NCBI GenBank assembly: GCA_000091205.1
Contig: AP006501.2
Origin: Cyanidioschyzon merolae
Lineage: Eukaryota
Reading direction: 5' to 3' (one strand)
Length of the DNA stretch: 64,000 bases
Both the position numbers and the translations under genes were made by a program. Shown one piece after another: positions 9,791 through 21,954 of this stretch. Numbering within the stretch: position 1 is the first letter of the stretch; every line of letters begins with the position of its first letter. The notes below the pieces were generated by a model. That model was not told the DNA's origin and made no database searches. It was given only the letters and a program-made list of their open reading frames with translations.

Positions 9791-12700
9791 ATGGGCATTG
9801 CCTCGTTTTTTCGGTGGGTTGTAGCACGCTACCCCAGGGCGCTGCAGGCGGCCGTTGAGGAGGCCCCCGTCACCGATCAGGCGGCGCTCGAGAACGGGAA
9901 CTACCTTGACGACAACGATTATCTTCACGTCGACGTCAGTCTACCTAATCCTAACGGAGAGGAGTTCTCGAACCTGTACTTTGATCTGAACGGCGTTGTC
10001 CATATGTGCACGCACCCCGAAGACCGCCCGCCTCCGGCAACGGAGGAGGACATGTTTCAGGACGTCTTTCGGTATATGGACCGCATTGTTGCGCTAGTTC
10101 GACCTCGTCGTCTCATCTACATCGCTATTGACGGCGTTGCGCCGCGGGCGAAAATCAACCAGCAGCGCACGCGGAGGTTTCGGGCCGCCAAGGAAGCCCG
10201 TGAGAAAACGGAGGAAGAGGAGAAGCTGCGCGCACTTTGGCGAGAGCAGGGCCTTCGCGTGCCGCCGAAGCCGAAGAAACCCTTCGATAGCAATGTCATC
10301 ACACCTGGAACGCTGTTCATGGAGCGACTCGCTGTTGCGCTCCGGCGCTACATCCGTGAACGGATTCGCTCTTGTCCCGCCTGGCGTTCACTGGTCGTTA
10401 TCTTAAGCGACGCCAGTGTTCCCGGCGAAGGCGAGCACAAGATAGCAGAGTTCATCCGAACGCAACGAGCGCAACCGGGTTACGACCCGGAAACGCGCCA
10501 CGTGCTCTACGGACTGGATGCGGACCTTATCATGCTTGCGTTGGCAACGCATGAGCCCCATTTCTTCATCCTGCGCGAGCGCATATACTTTGACTCGCGG
10601 GCCGACAAGGCTATACAGGCTGTAAAGGCAATGAACGCACAACAGACGCCAGCGGGCGATCGTATTGATCACAAGACCGGGACGTCGGCTGGGCCTGGTC
10701 TTCCATTGCCAGAGCGGCCCTTTGACTTTTTCCGTATCGATCGTTTACGAGAGTACCTGCAAGCCGAGTTTCGGGACGCACTGCAGCATGACGCTGTGCG
10801 GCAACCTCGTGAGCCGCTTGACGTCGAAATCGCTCTCGACGACTTCGTGTTTCTGTGCTTCTTCGTGGGCAACGATTTCCTACCGCATTTACCTTCGTTG
10901 GAGATTCGTGAGGGTGCAATCGACTTCCTCCTCGAGGTATACAAGTATAAGTTTCAGCGGATTGGTCATCTCACGGATGGACACGGTGGCATCCATTTCG
11001 ATCGAGTTCGCGAGTTGCTTCGGGATGTTGCGCATGTAGAGGACAGCGTCTTTCGGGAGCGGGCTCGCGCCGCTGGCGAGCCCCCGACGCCGGTGTCACA
11101 GCATGCTGCGGTCGTGTCGGGAGCTTCCACGGCAGCTGCGCGGACCCATACGGTTCCGGAAGTGAGCGCCAAGAAAGAAAGCGTTTCCGCGTCTACCCTG
11201 AGCATCAAGGCAGATGCAGAGACACCGCCGTCTCCTGGTGTGCACGTAGACGAACTCGACGCAGGTGTCTCTGCGCCGCATCGACAGAAGCGACATGCGT
11301 CAGAACAACATCAGAAACGAGCTGCAACAGAGGCCGATCCTGGCCTGGGACTTGTACCTCTGCCCCGCAAACACGTTAAAGAGAACAGGGCAACTAGTTT
11401 GCGCGACTGGAAGCAGCTCGAGCATCATCGATCGGAAGCGGCTGTCTCGAACGAAATCGACAAGATCGAAGCGGAGTCCTCGCGCATCACTGCTGCTGGC
11501 GGGGATGCCGAACAGGCACTACAAGCACATTGCGAGCAGGTGCTCGCGTCCGTTGCAGCACCCGTTGAACCATCTGCTCGAGACGATGACAACGATCACG
11601 ATGACGATGGTGTTGATGGGACTAGAACAGCAGCAGCTGCTGCAGCTGAAAGCACGGGAGACAGCAACAGAAAGCGCGCTGACGGTGTCCGAGGGAAACG
11701 ACGACGAATCGTCGAAGAGGACTCGGAGGATGCATCTCCGCTGGGGCACGGAACGCGCCAAACGAGCACCCTCTCGCCCTCTGCAAGCACTGACCAGTGC
11801 TTGGCGTGCCCAGATGACGCAAACGCCACAGACACGATTCGCACCGCACTCGGAGATCATAGCAAAACAAGCAAGAAGAGCGGCGAGGGTGTCGATGCGA
11901 GCCTCGCGACGGGTCGGTTAGCAGCGGCGGAGGCGAACACTGCAGCATCGCTGGAGACAGCGACACTGCCGGCTGCCGCCGAGAGGCATCAGTCGGTAAC
12001 CGAGGCGTCCACCGAGACGCTCAGCGTTCCCGAAACTTTTGGTGAAGCGCCCGAATCGGACGATACTGATGATGATGATAATGAGGATGATGTTCTCGAC
12101 GAGGTCCTCGATCATTACACCGACGCTGCAGGTCGACAATTTGAACACATCCTGCGCGAGCGTCTCAAACAGCGACAAACGCGACCACCAACGGAAGAGG
12201 ATCCTGTCCGATTCCACTTGCCTGGTTGGAGGGAGCGCTACTATCAGAGCAAATTTCCGCATTGGCCGCCGCTTGACACCGAGGCCGGAGCCCAGGCGCT
12301 GCAGCGTCTCTGTCGTGCTTATTACGAAGGACTCTTGTGGGTATATCGTTATTACTATGCGGGATGTCCCTCATGGGGCTGGTTCTACCCCTATCATTAT
12401 GCACCACTCGCGAGCGATCTCGCCCAATGCTGCGTAGACCAGAAGGATATCGTGTTTGAGCGCGGTGCGCCGTTCACGCCCCTGGAGCAGCTCATGGCAG
12501 TTTTGCCAGCATCAAGCGGCGCCCAGTGCCTTCCGCGGATTCTCTACGAACTCATGATCAATCCGCATTCTCCGATTATCGAGTATTACCCGACAGATTT
12601 TGCGATCGATTATAACGGTAAGAGATTCGCCTGGCAAGGGGTTGCGCTCCTGCCTTTTGTCGACGAGCAACGTCTCCGTCTGGCTATACAGAGCGTTCTC

Positions 12701-13882
12701 CAGGACGGTAGGGCGGCGGATCGTGAGCACGACCCCGACAAGCGGCGAATGCTCGAACGAGCCGACCCCACCAGAGCGTTCGGTACGGCGATACTGTTTG
12801 CGCATCGAGACTCGGAACTTGGTCTGCACCTTGCCCGGGTCTGGACGGATGCCACTTTGTCGCGTATCGGACTCAAACTGAACCGCAGCGTTGGCAATGG
12901 CGTCTTTGGACGGGTGCTACCTCTCAACGAGACACCAGTCGGGGATCAGCATCAGCACGAGGCACAGCGATGCGCCAGTGACTGTACACCAGACGCAAAC
13001 GATGAACACCAGGAGCGCTCCGTTCTCCAAGGCATTTGGACCAATGCGAAGCATCTACCTCACGTGCCACAGCTGTTGCCTGGTTCCAAACAACCGCCGT
13101 CGGTGCTAGGCGATGCTGACTTGCAAGCGCTTTTCGCGGGCCGTGCTGGTTGGAAATGTGCTCGTTTTGGGGTTCTGGGACATGCCGCCGAAACGTGGCG
13201 CCGCAAGCGCCTTGCGGAAAGCGCGCAAACGCCAAATGTTCCAAGCGTGGACACTGGTATGCGCGCGGCGCTATCTGGTACCTGGTCCAGCGCTTGGCCC
13301 CCAGTGCCGGAGAACGGCACGACGATGACGTGGCCTTGGTCGACAGGCGCGTTTCCGCAGGCATCGGCATCGAGCTCTTCAGGTGCGGAGACTGCGTCCA
13401 TGCAGTGGTGGCAGCAGCAGCAGCAGCAGCAGCAGCACGCCATGCCGGCGTTTGGCGCGGCTGCAAGCGCCTTGATGCCCCAGTATAATCCGTCGGGTTT
13501 CATGCCTTCGTACACGGCGGCGATGAACGGAACCATTGCATCTGGATCTGCAGGATATCCAGCAAGTCAGGATGCGATCCTGGCTGCCTACTACGGATAC
13601 GGAAATCCATGGATGCCTCTGGATACGAGGACAACAACTACAAGCAACCAGGCAATGTCATCCGGATCTGTTCTACCGCTGGGCTACGGAGCGACTGTTC
13701 CAACGTACAGCGGCTGGGGCGCACCCCATGCACTGGGCGGTATCCAGGGCTCGCTGCACCAGGCGCCATACGCCTCCGCTTGGCAACCAGCGGTGGAGAC
13801 GCAGACGGCTACGACGCGACGATCCCGTCCAAGACGTGGAAGGAGGCCCTCAACGAACAACGGAGGCCGGCAAGCTCCCTGA
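9791..13882 (+). CDS. XRN: 5'-3' exoribonuclease, XRN family (Xrn1/Rat1-like), with acidic internal insertion and long low-complexity Q/S/G-rich C-terminal tail
   Basis: 1363-aa uninterrupted ORF. N-terminal MGIASFFRWVVARYP... has the canonical XRN_N catalytic acidic residues. Second conserved block around RFHLPGWRERYYQSKF...YYAGCPSWGWFYPYHYAPLASDL. PolyQ tract at 13404-13441. Confidence 0.93.
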   Translation: MGIASFFRWVVARYPRALQAAVEEAPVTDQAALENGNYLDDNDYLHVDVSLPNPNGEEFSNLYFDLNGVVHMCTHPEDRPPPATEEDMFQDVFRYMDRIVALVRPRRLIYIAIDGVAPRAKINQQRTRRFRAAKEAREKTEEEEKLRALWREQGLRVPPKPKKPFDSNVITPGTLFMERLAVALRRYIRERIRSCPAWRSLVVILSDASVPGEGEHKIAEFIRTQRAQPGYDPETRHVLYGLDADLIMLALATHEPHFFILRERIYFDSRADKAIQAVKAMNAQQTPAGDRIDHKTGTSAGPGLPLPERPFDFFRIDRLREYLQAEFRDALQHDAVRQPREPLDVEIALDDFVFLCFFVGNDFLPHLPSLEIREGAIDFLLEVYKYKFQRIGHLTDGHGGIHFDRVRELLRDVAHVEDSVFRERARAAGEPPTPVSQHAAVVSGASTAAARTHTVPEVSAKKESVSASTLSIKADAETPPSPGVHVDELDAGVSAPHRQKRHASEQHQKRAATEADPGLGLVPLPRKHVKENRATSLRDWKQLEHHRSEAAVSNEIDKIEAESSRITAAGGDAEQALQAHCEQVLASVAAPVEPSARDDDNDHDDDGVDGTRTAAAAAAESTGDSNRKRADGVRGKRRRIVEEDSEDASPLGHGTRQTSTLSPSASTDQCLACPDDANATDTIRTALGDHSKTSKKSGEGVDASLATGRLAAAEANTAASLETATLPAAAERHQSVTEASTETLSVPETFGEAPESDDTDDDDNEDDVLDEVLDHYTDAAGRQFEHILRERLKQRQTRPPTEEDPVRFHLPGWRERYYQSKFPHWPPLDTEAGAQALQRLCRAYYEGLLWVYRYYYAGCPSWGWFYPYHYAPLASDLAQCCVDQKDIVFERGAPFTPLEQLMAVLPASSGAQCLPRILYELMINPHSPIIEYYPTDFAIDYNGKRFAWQGVALLPFVDEQRLRLAIQSVLQDGRAADREHDPDKRRMLERADPTRAFGTAILFAHRDSELGLHLARVWTDATLSRIGLKLNRSVGNGVFGRVLPLNETPVGDQHQHEAQRCASDCTPDANDEHQERSVLQGIWTNAKHLPHVPQLLPGSKQPPSVLGDADLQALFAGRAGWKCARFGVLGHAAETWRRKRLAESAQTPNVPSVDTGMRAALSGTWSSAWPPVPENGTTMTWPWSTGAFPQASASSSSGAETASMQWWQQQQQQQQHAMPAFGAAASALMPQYNPSGFMPSYTAAMNGTIASGSAGYPASQDAILAAYYGYGNPWMPLDTRTTTTSNQAMSSGSVLPLGYGATVPTYSGWGAPHALGGIQGSLHQAPYASAWQPAVETQTATTRRSRPRRGRRPSTNNGGRQAP

Positions 13883-15262
13883 ACCTGCACGTCTGCTTGT
13901 CGGGCATCGTGTCAGGCGTACCGTCAAGTGCGCACGCTACGAGCCCCTAGTCCAAGTGGATACTCGAGTTGATGCTGTAGATGCCTACATCGCATGCAGA
14001 AGGAGCCCTTCGAATATAACTGTAAACCCTGTACAGCGCCGCTCGTTTCCATGAATGATACAGAACATATGCTGGATACCACCTAGACAGGAGCTGAAGC
14101 CCGTGTGCTGCAAAGTGTTGCACTCGGTACGACCATGGTCTTTTGGTGCAACGCAGGAGCATCCGGTTGTTGTTTAGCGAGTGCTCGACACGCGTGCGGC
14201 TTTCGCACCAGTTCCCCGCTGACGTGCGGTGCTGCGCAACCCAGGGATGCGAGCACCGGAGCACTCGACTTTGCCGGCAGCTCGATGAGTCGGTATTTCA
14301 ACGAAGCGCTAGCGATCCAGCGCTCTGCAGGTGCTCCTGCAGAGTCTGTGGTGGCCAAATGCGGACCAGGAACTGGTAAGGACGCTGAGCTGCAGTGTTG
14401 TGGACCTGATCTTGGTGCGGTGCGTCCGCCTCGCTTGACTCGTGTGGATGTACTCGCGAGAACGGGGCGCGTGCGTCCCCTGTGGTTAACCGTGTCACTT
14501 GCAACTCTGAGCACGTGGGAAAGCCTCAACACGTACCGGGAGTTGTGATTGTATCGCGTTTCTTCTCAGGTTTGGTTTTGCGGAACGCACCGGTGCACTC
14601 ATACCGGCAGGACAACGATCGTGAAAGCGTTCCCCGGGGTGTTTTACGAAAGCTCCAGAGTTTTCCGAGTCTTGCGAAAGAGCCAGCAGCTTCCACAGCT
14701 ACCAGGGTTTATCGTTTTACGTGCTGGGCTCGAGTCGTTCAGAAGCAGCCCGGGGGCTCTTTCTGCTCCCACAGCCAATCGCACTCACCGTATCGAGTGC
14801 TGAACTCTAGTCACCCAGAGACAGATTGGGAAGTTTTGCCTCACCAGGGAAGAGAGAAGAGTGTAGCAAAGGCTCCAGTATGAACGTCATGGTAAACATG
14901 AACCCAAACAGACACACCTAGTCATGTGGCCCTGCAACGTTCAGTACAATACAATCAGTCAAGGCGAGCGAGTATCTGGCAGATACGAACCAGCAAAACC
15001 TGGACTCTTGAACGACGTATCGTTGTACCCTGGTGGGACCCTGGCGTCGACGCGTTTACCCTCGAACCCGAAGCCGTCTCTGTGCTGACAACTCGCAAGT
15101 CGTCTGTCGTCGATCGACTACGCAAACAATCTTTCTTTTTACGAACAGTCTGCGGAGGACTGGGGCGTTCCCCTTCGTTCACGGAGACGACGCAGTGCTT
15201 CACGGTGGTGCAGCGGGTCGCTGGGCTGCGGCGCTGCCACGCACCGGGCACCAGCAGGTGCC

Positions 15263-17188
15263 ATGTTCACGAACGTTGCGACTGGAGCGAGCGAGAGGTT
15301 CACACAGCGAGCGAGCTCTGTGAAAGCTCACTCTGAGAAACCAAGAACGCCTCTGGTCGGCAGACGTCCGAGGGTTGCTCGCTCGCGGCGACCCGGAGCT
15401 GCTGCTGCTGCTGCTGCTGCCTCTTGTTTGCAGGTCCAGCACGGCAAAAGGATACTGAGGCTGGTACTGGTCGGCGGAGGGCATGCTCATTGTCACGTTG
15501 TTCGCGCGCTTCGTCCACAGCAGATAGGCTTCATCGGTGTACTGATTTCCGTAGAGGAGCATGCGCTCTATTCCGGGATGTTACCGGGGAGAATCGCGGG
15601 ACAGTACGAGAAGACAGCCGTGCGCATCGACTTGCTCCAGCTCACGCATACTACGAGTTGGTTATTCCTTCGTGGGCAGGTCGTTGGTATTTGTCATCGG
15701 GAAAAGTGTCTCGAGGTGGAGCTTGTGGCGTCTGGTCCCTATCCAGAGCGTATTCAGTTGTACTACGATGTGCTGTCGATCGATGTAGGGAGCAGCACCC
15801 GCGTTCCAGCAGGTCTAGAAGAAGTACCTTCTCAATTCGTACAATACACGCGACCTATTCTAGATTTGGAGGCTTTTTTCGAAACATCTTGGGGAACAGA
15901 TGTGCCCAGCAGGCAAGTGACAGGGTCCGCGAGCGCATCGCAGCGCGTCCTTGTCATGGGCGGCGGCGCAGCCGGTGCGGAGCTATGTTTCGCGCTGCAC
16001 CGGCGTTGTCAAGTCGTTGGAAAAAGTGCATTTCGCATATATTGGCTGGTGACGGAACCGCAGCCTTTTCCGGCCAAAGTTCAGCAGCTGGTCAGGAAGC
16101 TCGCGCGAGAACGCGGGATCCGTTTGGTTCAGGTCCCGGCTGACGCGCGCTTTCGTTTGGAGCCGAACTCCCCGTGTAAGGTGCAACCAGTCCATGATCT
16201 GAGCGCTACAGACGCGCTTGTCACAGAAGCTCGAGACTCCCGCTTTGTTCTGTCGTGGTCTGCAGATGGGTCGGCGCTCGAGCGTCTAGCCTGCGATGTT
16301 TTGATTCTGGCAACGGGTGCCGCTGCTCCAAAGTGGTTAGCAGAGCAGACGGATTTGGCGGTTTCTCCAGACGGTTTTGTACTCGTCCAACCGACACTAC
16401 AAACTCTGAGCTCTGCTGATGTATTCGCCGCTGGTGACTGCATTGCGTGGAGCGAACACCCCGAGATGCATTTACCCAAAGCCGGTGTGTACGCCGTTCG
16501 CCAGGCACCGATTCTGACGGAGAATTTGCGCTGCCGCTTGGTGCAGCTCATCCAACAACACTTGAAAGAGGAAAGCTCCCGAGAGACACGCAACTGCAGA
16601 TTGCGTGTTTACCGACCTCAGAAACGATATCTTAGCATTTTGAATACTGCTGATGGACATGGGATCGCTTTTCGCGGTCAATGGATGGCATATGGTCGGT
16701 GGGTATGGCTCTGGAAGAATATGCTGGATCTACTCTGGATGGCGAAGTACCCGAAACCTGCGTCCGCCGAGATCTTCAAGGCCGACCAGCACCCAACTTT
16801 GGATGCATCGCATGGCGCTTTGCAGGCTGCAGTTGAAAAGTCGCATGTCGAGCCCGGTAGCTCCCGGCAACGATCACTCCGAGCGCAGGTCGAGTTGGCC
16901 TTGATCCTGTACTTTTGTGCGACTGCAGACGCGTTCCCGCCGAGAAACATCGGTGACGAAGCGCTAGAGGAACAAATTGGGGATCAAGCGACACGCGCCC
17001 TCTTCGAGTCGCTGTGGCAACGAAACGAGCCTGCTGAAGCGTGGCACCGGGAGCTTTCCGTGCTGACTCAACGTCTTCGTCTGCGGGTTCAGTACCCGAT
17101 CGGCGGCAGCGGATTGCAAATAACGCACCAGCAGTTGACCAGACGCAACGAAGAACCTCCGTTGAATGACTCTGGATGCAATCGCTAA
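15263..17188 (+). CDS. FAD/NAD(P)-binding pyridine nucleotide-disulfide oxidoreductase family protein (NDH-2/SelD-N-domain-like), probable organelle-targeted, with ~200-aa non-conserved C-terminal extension
   Basis: 641-aa ORF. Dinucleotide-binding motifs LVLVGGGHAH and RVLVMGGGAAGAEL. YSGMLPG motif and DVLILATGAAAP...FAAGDCIAW. R/A-rich N-terminus with poly-Ala (GCT repeat 15398-15420). Confidence 0.72.
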   Translation: MFTNVATGASERFTQRASSVKAHSEKPRTPLVGRRPRVARSRRPGAAAAAAAASCLQVQHGKRILRLVLVGGGHAHCHVVRALRPQQIGFIGVLISVEEHALYSGMLPGRIAGQYEKTAVRIDLLQLTHTTSWLFLRGQVVGICHREKCLEVELVASGPYPERIQLYYDVLSIDVGSSTRVPAGLEEVPSQFVQYTRPILDLEAFFETSWGTDVPSRQVTGSASASQRVLVMGGGAAGAELCFALHRRCQVVGKSAFRIYWLVTEPQPFPAKVQQLVRKLARERGIRLVQVPADARFRLEPNSPCKVQPVHDLSATDALVTEARDSRFVLSWSADGSALERLACDVLILATGAAAPKWLAEQTDLAVSPDGFVLVQPTLQTLSSADVFAAGDCIAWSEHPEMHLPKAGVYAVRQAPILTENLRCRLVQLIQQHLKEESSRETRNCRLRVYRPQKRYLSILNTADGHGIAFRGQWMAYGRWVWLWKNMLDLLWMAKYPKPASAEIFKADQHPTLDASHGALQAAVEKSHVEPGSSRQRSLRAQVELALILYFCATADAFPPRNIGDEALEEQIGDQATRALFESLWQRNEPAEAWHRELSVLTQRLRLRVQYPIGGSGLQITHQQLTRRNEEPPLNDSGCNR

Positions 17189-17519
17189 TGATAAAGTGGC
17201 GTTTAGGGCGATCAAGCAGGACATCGACCAAGAAACAGCACGTACGTGTACATGCGCATGTTGTGAATCGTTCTGTCGCATGCGCGATGCAGACATGGAT
17301 CACTGGAATTCTGGATAATCCCTATTTCTGAAAGAGTGAACAAACCCTTTCCCAGGCTGTTATCTCGTGCAGATGATTTCGGCGCAGTACCCATGTGCAG
17401 CGGCACCGATGCACACATTCTCCCGAGCTACAAGATGCCGCGGTGCGCAGTGCCGTTCATTGCGCATGCACGAACGTCGCTGATGAGGCGTTATGAAAGC
17501 ATCCGCCAAGGACGAAGCT

Positions 17520-18191
17520 TCAGAGGCGCTTGAGACTCCGACGCTTCTCGCGCATGCTTGCGCTCATGGCGCCTTGGTTTCCGAGGCCAAAACCACTGGG
17601 ACTCGAGTGGTGCTTCGAACCGGGTGTTGTTCCGGGAGTCTTGCGTTCGCTGGCAGGCCAGGATTTGGGTGCCATGTCCTCGCGTGTTGCAGCGGCACCG
17701 CCGCCACCAGTCCGCGGGGAGGCATGGACTTCCGTCCAGATTCGAGCTCGCGCTGCGAATGCTGCATAGTCCTCGAGTAAGAGTCGACCGGCTTCCTCAT
17801 TCAAGGCGCTCTCTGGATTCGGATCAATGAGCAGACATCGTATTACCGTGAGGACGTGCCGAATCCCATAGCTGCTCTGCCAATCGCGTTTCAGAGTATT
17901 GACGCAGATATCCCCCTGTTCGCTAACGTTGGGATGAAAGATTTTCGTCAAAAAGTAACCCCGAGGCGGCTGGTATGGGTACTCTCCAGAGAGTACGAGC
18001 TTGACTCGAAAGGAACCTGCTTCATATGGAGTATCCTCCGGACCGGTTATGACAGCATGGAGCTCGGTCAAAACGTCTTGACCGCTGTCGTTCAACAGCT
18101 CGACGCCGTGCACCGGTTCATCCCTCAAGCTCTGTACTTCCCGAAAGAGTCTCGTGATGACGCCTGGGGGTAGGTTCTCGCACAACGACAT
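17520..18191 (-). CDS. ubiquitin-conjugating enzyme E2 (UBC domain) with C-terminal low-complexity extension
   Basis: 223-aa ORF containing the UBC fold: FHPNV...GDICVNTLKRDW active-site Cys region and YPYQPP motif. Confidence 0.85.
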   Translation of the reverse strand: MSLCENLPPGVITRLFREVQSLRDEPVHGVELLNDSGQDVLTELHAVITGPEDTPYEAGSFRVKLVLSGEYPYQPPRGYFLTKIFHPNVSEQGDICVNTLKRDWQSSYGIRHVLTVIRCLLIDPNPESALNEEAGRLLLEDYAAFAARARIWTEVHASPRTGGGGAAATREDMAPKSWPASERKTPGTTPGSKHHSSPSGFGLGNQGAMSASMREKRRSLKRL

Positions 18192-18705
18192 GTTGATTTT
18201 TCAAGTACAGTGAAATCGATACGCGTTCCGAGCGTTGCAGCACCAGACGTTTCCCAGACGGAACGACACAATTCACGACCTGGTCGCACAGGCAGCAGAC
18301 TCGAACACACACACACGCACAGCAGGTACACGACGTCTCGCTGAGAGCCGCTATTGAATGCAAGCCCAGGTACCAAGCAGACCTGGTACACGGTGCCGTG
18401 CGCTTGCGGTCGTTGACTGCAAACCGCAACAGCCGTGCCCAAGACCGTTGGCGAACACCCAAGTCCTTGCGTAAACGAACGTGCTCTGCTTGCCGCACGT
18501 CAGTTGCGTAAGACCCTGTTGTAGACGACTGCCGACGGGATCGAGCACCCTGCGATCGTTGATGCGATTTTCGTAACCGCCGTTGCGAATCGAGCGTGTG
18601 GACGGGGCTTGCACTTGTGGGAAGTACGCTTGCCGTTTACAAGTAGAGGAATAGGATCGGAGGTTTGGATCTTGAATTTTAGGAAACAGACGGCAATTTT
18701 GTGTC

Positions 18706-20073
18706 CTCTACCCGTGTTCGTACAAAATGGAACGGGTGCGCGAACACAGGGGTGCACGCTAGAGCCTTGGTCTCTAGCTAGTGGTATCGACACCAGCGTC
18801 TGTGGCAACGCTGTGTGCGTGCTTCCTTTTCTGTTCACTTTCATGCGGTTGTATATTCTCCAGTGTACCCTTTTTTTGCAGATCCGTTCATAGCAGTCGA
18901 GAGACACTGCTAGTACTCTGAAAGTCCCAATATCGCTGGTCTCGGATGCCGTTCTCGCACCCTAGGCATAGAATGTCGTTGCGATCTAGACGCTGCATGC
19001 GAGAGTCATCGCCTTCGCATACAGACAGAGTGTACCACGCTCAGCGGTGACACGTCGCGGTACTCAGGGATTCCCGTATACCCACAATGCATCCCGTTCC
19101 GAAGCGCCGCCCTGTGCCGCGTGAGCACTTCCTTCGCCGTTCCGTGCATGTTGTTGACTGGTAAAGAAGGCTTCTGTCGATGCCTTCCTCCATTCCTGTG
19201 CCCGGTGACATGCACGATGATCACGGGCTCCATCTGGACGATTCCCGCGGCGAGTACGCTACCCGCTGGGCACGCAAGCGCACGCTGCTCCATGCGGTAG
19301 CGCAGCCATGGAATGCAGTATTGCCCGTGATGAAACAAGCACCTGAATGGAACTCCAGAATCGGGATCCAGGCGAGAAATCCAGGACGGTCCACGCTGCC
19401 TTCGTATGCGGCCGTGACGCGCTCATTAGTGGAACCGGTTGCGGCGATGACTGCAGCCCTCGTCCAGGACGCTATTCCATGCAAGCGGAATGCACAGAAG
19501 CTTCTGGGACCATACTTCGTGATGGGCAATGCTTGTGTCGGATCTCGGTTCGACGATAGCCACGGAGAGCGGCGGCTTTGTTTTTTCCAAATGGAACAGG
19601 CTTCCTGACGTAAGCGGTTCCATGAACTCGCCGCATGAGCCTGTGAATACGTCGCCAGCGGACATCGTCGCGTATTTTGTTTCCTCGTCAATCCAGAGAT
19701 CCGCATTGCTGCGTCCACGAGTTGCCTGAAACAGACACATCGAACACCTTGAAGAATGCGTGATTGACGCAGAGGCCAGGCAAGCAATCGAGAGGAATCG
19801 AGGCGACTGCACATGCGTGGATGATGGTATTGTTTTAATGATGCGAAACCCGTGATCGACGGCGCTGGAACTCATCATGATTCCGGTGGTGAAATCGAAT
19901 TGCAGCGTCAGGGAATCGAAGGAGCCTCCACGAAAACACGACCGAAAATATAAAATTCCGCATGCATCCCCAAGCTCTTGTTGCTCTACCTTGAACGTTG
20001 ATGCAGCCCAAGTAAAAAAGATCGAAAAATATCGAAAGATAGACGCAAAGCGTCTAATCCAATCGTCGATTTT
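18706..20073 (-). repeat. copy A1 of ~1.37-kb unclassified interspersed repeat (family A), inverted relative to A2
   Basis: Near-identical to 22581-23960 in reverse complement and to ~55425-56630 in the same orientation. Boundaries found by reading where the flanks diverge. The same sets of spurious ORFs recur in each copy. Confidence 0.85.
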
Positions 20074-21954
20074 ACACCAACATAGCTTCTAGCGAGCGCG
20101 TTCCTCATACCAACTGAGCACACACATAATCGCCCGCAAGGACGACGACACCGGTATGATCAGTAAAGCGATAAGCATTCTAGGACCATAGAGTCTATAT
20201 ATACAATCACTTACAGACGGCTCCTGGGCTTTTTCTGACCGGCCGAGTACTATCGGGTTCAGTTTCTCCCTGTACGCTTCGATCCTGAGAGTCTGACCCA
20301 TAAAGTTGGATCGCCTCAGCTCCTCGTGTCTCGTCTCCAGCGCCGCACATCGTCTGATACTGGTGGCCGCGTTGAACTCTCGGTTTTGCGAACGCTTTGC
20401 ATTTATTGACGCTACTTGAATGTACGTTTGGAACGATTGCCCGCACTCGTGCCCTCTGTGTCACCACAGTCTCGTCATTGTTCCGTCGGCCAAACACCTT
20501 TTCTCGTCTATCTTCCTATTCTGCTTCTGCTTCACATCCCCTTCTTCGCTAGCTGGTCGACGAGATGATGATATTTTCGATTTTTTGTCGAACCCGGCGA
20601 CACAGGACCTCAAGGATCCTCGACTTTCATATCCATACGGATCCCTTAGATTTTTTATTTCTTCAAAATGAGTACATTTATTGGTGCCTTTAGGCGAGTA
20701 TATTCCAGGAATATAAAGCACTTGCATAAGAAACACGTAATGTACCCCAGTGTCACCATGTGCTGGACGCTTCAGCGATTCGCTCAAGGGAGCTATCATT
20801 ACGTTTCACCATACAAAACACCCCTTCTATGAGGTCTAAACACGCAGAGCGCGGAAGAATGAAACGCAGCAGTATACCGCTAGAATCCGAAGAAAGCTAG
20901 AACGCAAGGACAATGGTGAAATACTACATTGTCCAATAGGAGGGCGTCGCCAGACCTCAGGAGAAGGTCTTCAATGATTCGACAAAGTGGTTGGTGCTGT
21001 TGGATGAGCCTTCTCGACGAGCGAAACTGAGGCCGCCAAATGAGTCTACCACGCCTAGCACGGATGATGTCGTCGTTTTCTTCAATTTTACGATCTTACA
21101 TACAACGAGCTCCCTCTCCCTGAATACCCAAACGCTCTACGACCGTTTCACCCGAAGCAAGTCTCATCGACTGAAAACACAAACCTACGTCCCTGTGCTT
21201 CATACCGATCGCAACGTTCCAAGAACGCTGTCACTGCTATTTAGGTGGAATATAATCGTAGGTGAAATTGGATTTTTGGGATTGTATCCTAGTGCTTGTC
21301 GAACTACACGAACAAGCTGTTCAGAGACAGAGACGCCCTTAGTGGCTACCATCGTGACTTTCGCTTTCTGTACGGTGGTCAACAGGTCGTTCTCTACCAC
21401 TGGCCGCTAGCAGTCTTTGAGAATAACCGTTTTTGGCACGGAGCACTGATACTTCTCTCTTTCAATGTCCCTCAACCATAAGAGTACTTTGGTATGACTG
21501 ACCTTATGAAAGAATGCAATTCTCCTTGCACTTTTCAGTAAATCACGTATCCTACATTGAATTCGTCCACGATTTAAACGGTACACTGCATCGTGCTTTC
21601 AATTTCCTGCTCGATGCACTGGAAAAAAAGCATTCGATGACAGGCAGCAGTTGTGGAGCACATCTGAGCTGAATGTGAAGTTAAGATACGAAGCATGCAC
21701 CGCGCGTGCGAACATTTGAAGATGGCGCTCGTGGCTACCCGCCTCGAGTACAGGTCAGGTCATCGCTCAGGCCGTTGCACACTGGCTACGCGCTTGACGT
21801 GCGGGCAAAGAACTGGAAACCGAGGTTCACTGGTGAGTGCACAACTTTCGTCGTTCGATTAAAAGGAACTTGAGAAGCGCGCACGTGACGACCGGTTTGG
21901 CGTCGCCTTCGGAGACGCTTCACCAGGGCGATATCTGCTCCTAGATGGTTATCG

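Noticed and set aside
13404-13441. (CAG)n tracts at 13404-13441 and 61953-61982 as non-coding microsatellites
   Set aside because: Both lie in frame inside long conserved ORFs (XRN tail, DET1-like) and encode polyQ. They are coding low-complexity, not intergenic repeats.
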